Origin: Candidatus Eiseniibacteriota bacterium
Lineage (GTDB): Bacteria > Omnitrophota > Gorgyraeia > 2-02-FULL-51-18
NCBI GenBank assembly: GCA_035496715.1
Contig: DATJEK010000131.1
Span: 1-52,169, forward strand
Direction of reading: 5' to 3'
Length of the DNA: 52,169 nt
The stretch's first letter is position 1. The number at the start of each line of letters is the position of its first letter. A program made the position numbers and the translations under genes. The notes below the pieces were generated by a model. It made no database searches. It was not told the DNA's origin and saw only the letters and a program-made list of their open reading frames with translations. Below, piece after piece: positions 44,601 to 47,600 of the stretch.

Positions 44601-47600
44601 GCGGCGAAAGAGTTTTCGAAGCGGCGCGTCCGCGACGCCTCTCCGACCCAGGTCACGTCCGGAACGAGGCCGGCGGCGATGTCCGACTCGGCGACGGCGC
44701 GCAGAACGTCGTTCGACGGCGCCGCAGCCAGCCGCGCCCCGAAAAGAGTCCCCTGCTCCGGCTTGGAGTTCAATTTCACGATCTCTTCGCGGAGCGCGCG
44801 GAAGTCCGCGGTCAGCGCCGTCAGCTTGGTCCTCACCCCGCGCGAACGGTAGGAGCTCATTCCCGACCAACGCATCACGACGGCGATCGCCCGACCGACC
44901 TGGTTGACCGCCTCCACGGTGGCGGCGTCGCCGCGGCGGACCTGGTTTTGGAGCGCCGAAGCGGCGTTACGGATGAGGTAGGATCCGAGCCTGCGGTGCG
45001 CGTTCAGTTTAAGGAGGCGTCCGGCCAGTACTTCCGCCCGCCCGGCGAGCTTCTTTTCTTCGGCGGAGAGTCTGGCGCCCTCCGGGGCGCGGCCGTTCGG
45101 CGCGGACCCAGGTTTCGTGTCGAGGAGAACGCTTGCCGTGGTGAAGGGTCCTTCGGGCCTCGTCTCGGTCCGGAGACTGAAGGTTCCGACCTTGGGACGG
45201 CTCTCGGAGCCGCTTCCCTCGACCAGAAAACGAACCTGTTTGACGCCCACGCCGCGGCCGCCGAAAAACTGGCCGTAATTCTCGTCGCCTTTCGTGCTCA
45301 GCCCCCAGATGGAAAGGAGCGTGTCGGCGGAAAACGCGTCGATCTCCCCGTCCGTGACGCGGGAGTGCCCCTGCGGGATGTAGGCGCCGACCACGAGCTT
45401 GCGGTCCACGTTGCGACGGAAAATGCCGCGGGCCGACACGGCTTCGAGGATCGCGGGCGCTGTCATCGAGTCCGCCCCCGGCACCGCTTCCCGAAGGCCC
45501 TGGATCGCCAGGAGGCGCTCCGGCTCGAACGCCGCGAGCTCCTCCGGCGGGACGGGCAGATAAAATTCCTCCTGGGTCAAAAGCGCCCCGTCCCTGTCGC
45601 GGCGGTAGACGCCCTTCTCCTTGGCTTTCCTCTTCAAGTCCTCGACCGGCACGGAACCGGGATTCGTGACGGAGTAAAGGAGCTTCCCGTCGGGCTGCTG
45701 CCGCAGGAGCACTTCCACGAGCTCCCGCCGGCCCGCCGGCTGCGTCTGCTGGGCGTCGATGGCGTTTTTGATGAATTCACGGACCACCGACTCGAGCTCG
45801 AACTCGGCCAGGCCCGTCAGAAGAAGCGGCTGGGTCATCTCGACCCGGAACTGCACGCGGCGGTCGCGGACGATGTCCCGCACGACCTCGCTCTGGAAAT
45901 AATCGCGGATCACTTTGCCCGCGTCGATCGACCGGCCGTCGGGCTCGCGCGGCGTGCGGTCCGGATACAGCTTCATGTAGTCGCGCGCCAGGATGCGGAT
46001 CGACTGCTTGAGCTCGTCCATGATCGCGTTGGGTTCCTTGCCGGCGGGGTCGATCGGTTCGCCGAACACGACCGTGTAACGGTACGGCGTGGCCCAGCCG
46101 CGACGCCCGAGGAGGCGGCGGAAGTACATCGTGACGAAGTTCCACAGCGTGAACTGGTGCGGGATGTTCGTGTCGATGAAGAACGGCACGATCGGCTTGC
46201 CGCTCTCGGCCGAGATCTCGGCGACGCTCTGCTTGAAATGACCGAGGTTTCGTTCGAGCCCTTTGAACGGATCGCCGCGGTGGATGTGCGGGCGTCCCGC
46301 CGGGAAGACCGCGTACACCGAACCCGGCCTGCTCAGCCGGCGGCGGATCTGCTCTTTCGGCGAGGCCGAAAAGGGCCGGACTCGGAGCGTCCAGGCGGCG
46401 AGGCGCTGGAGCTTGTTGAGCCGGTCCTCGTGCTCGATCACCAGCCGGTAGCTGGCGTCGGGCTGGCGGATCGAGCGCACCAGGCCCGTCAACCGCGCGA
46501 AGAAGAGCCGCCAGCGGCCCATGCGGCCGATCTGCCTGGCGATCACCTCGTCCCGGTAGCCGCTCTTCAGCGCGAACACCCCGGAGAGGCGCGCCATGAA
46601 GCGCTGGAGGAAATTGGAATGATCGAGCTGGGCGATAAAATGCGGCATGCGTCCGTCTCGGAGGATCGCTTCGGACGTGAGGATCAGGCCGTCGGTGCCG
46701 TGCGCGTTCAGATGGTTGCCGGCCAGGAGAAAAGACTGTCTCTCGGCCTGCGGCAGATTTTCCAGGCCCTCGACCTCCACCTTCACCTGGCGGCCGATCA
46801 CCTGTTCATAGACCGCCCCCCAGAGGGCGGGACCGAAAAAGTTCCTGTAGAAAAGCTTCGTCCGCCGCCGGGCGGCCTCCTCGCTGACGGGGGCCTGCTT
46901 CGCGAGACGGGCGCCCTGCAGTTCCGTCTGCCGGTGCGCGAGCCAGTCTTCGACCGCGCGCTGCGCCTGATCGACCGAAACGTGCAGCAGGCGTCCGCCG
47001 ATCTGCAGGATCTCCGTCTCCCCGGTCTGGGTCGGGTTCACGGCGATCGCGAACCGGCCCTGAGCCGAAACCGAAGACGGCACCGCGTAGACTTCCCAGA
47101 TCTGAGCCAGATACGGCGTCCCGCTTCCGTATTCGTCGACGAGGTTGAGATTGATCGTCCGCGCGGCGCGGCGCGCGTTGCCGTGCCGGATCTGGCGCAG
47201 GATCGCGTCGTCGGCCGGCTCGCCGGTGATTTTCTCGATCGTCGCCCGCCGGCCGGAAACGAGGAGCCGCCCGTCCGGCTGAACCGAAAGATCCAAGTGC
47301 CGCGCGCGCACGTCGATCGGAAGATCCATGAGCGGATACTCCCTCGAACCGTCGAGGATCGCGCTCAGCACGTAGCCCGACTCGAGGTCCACGCCGCCGA
47401 GAGTCAGCGAACGCTCGAAGCGCAGCCGTCCCGAGGGGGTGCCGATCAAATCGGCCTTCGCCACCGAGAAGCCTTTCGCGTCGCGCCACACGGCGACGCG
47501 GGCGTTCGAACCCGACGTCCCGAGCGTGAGGACCAGCGTCTCTCCGGGGGCGAGCGAGACGGCCGCCTGCCCGTCCAGCGCGATCTGCCCCGAAGGGAGC

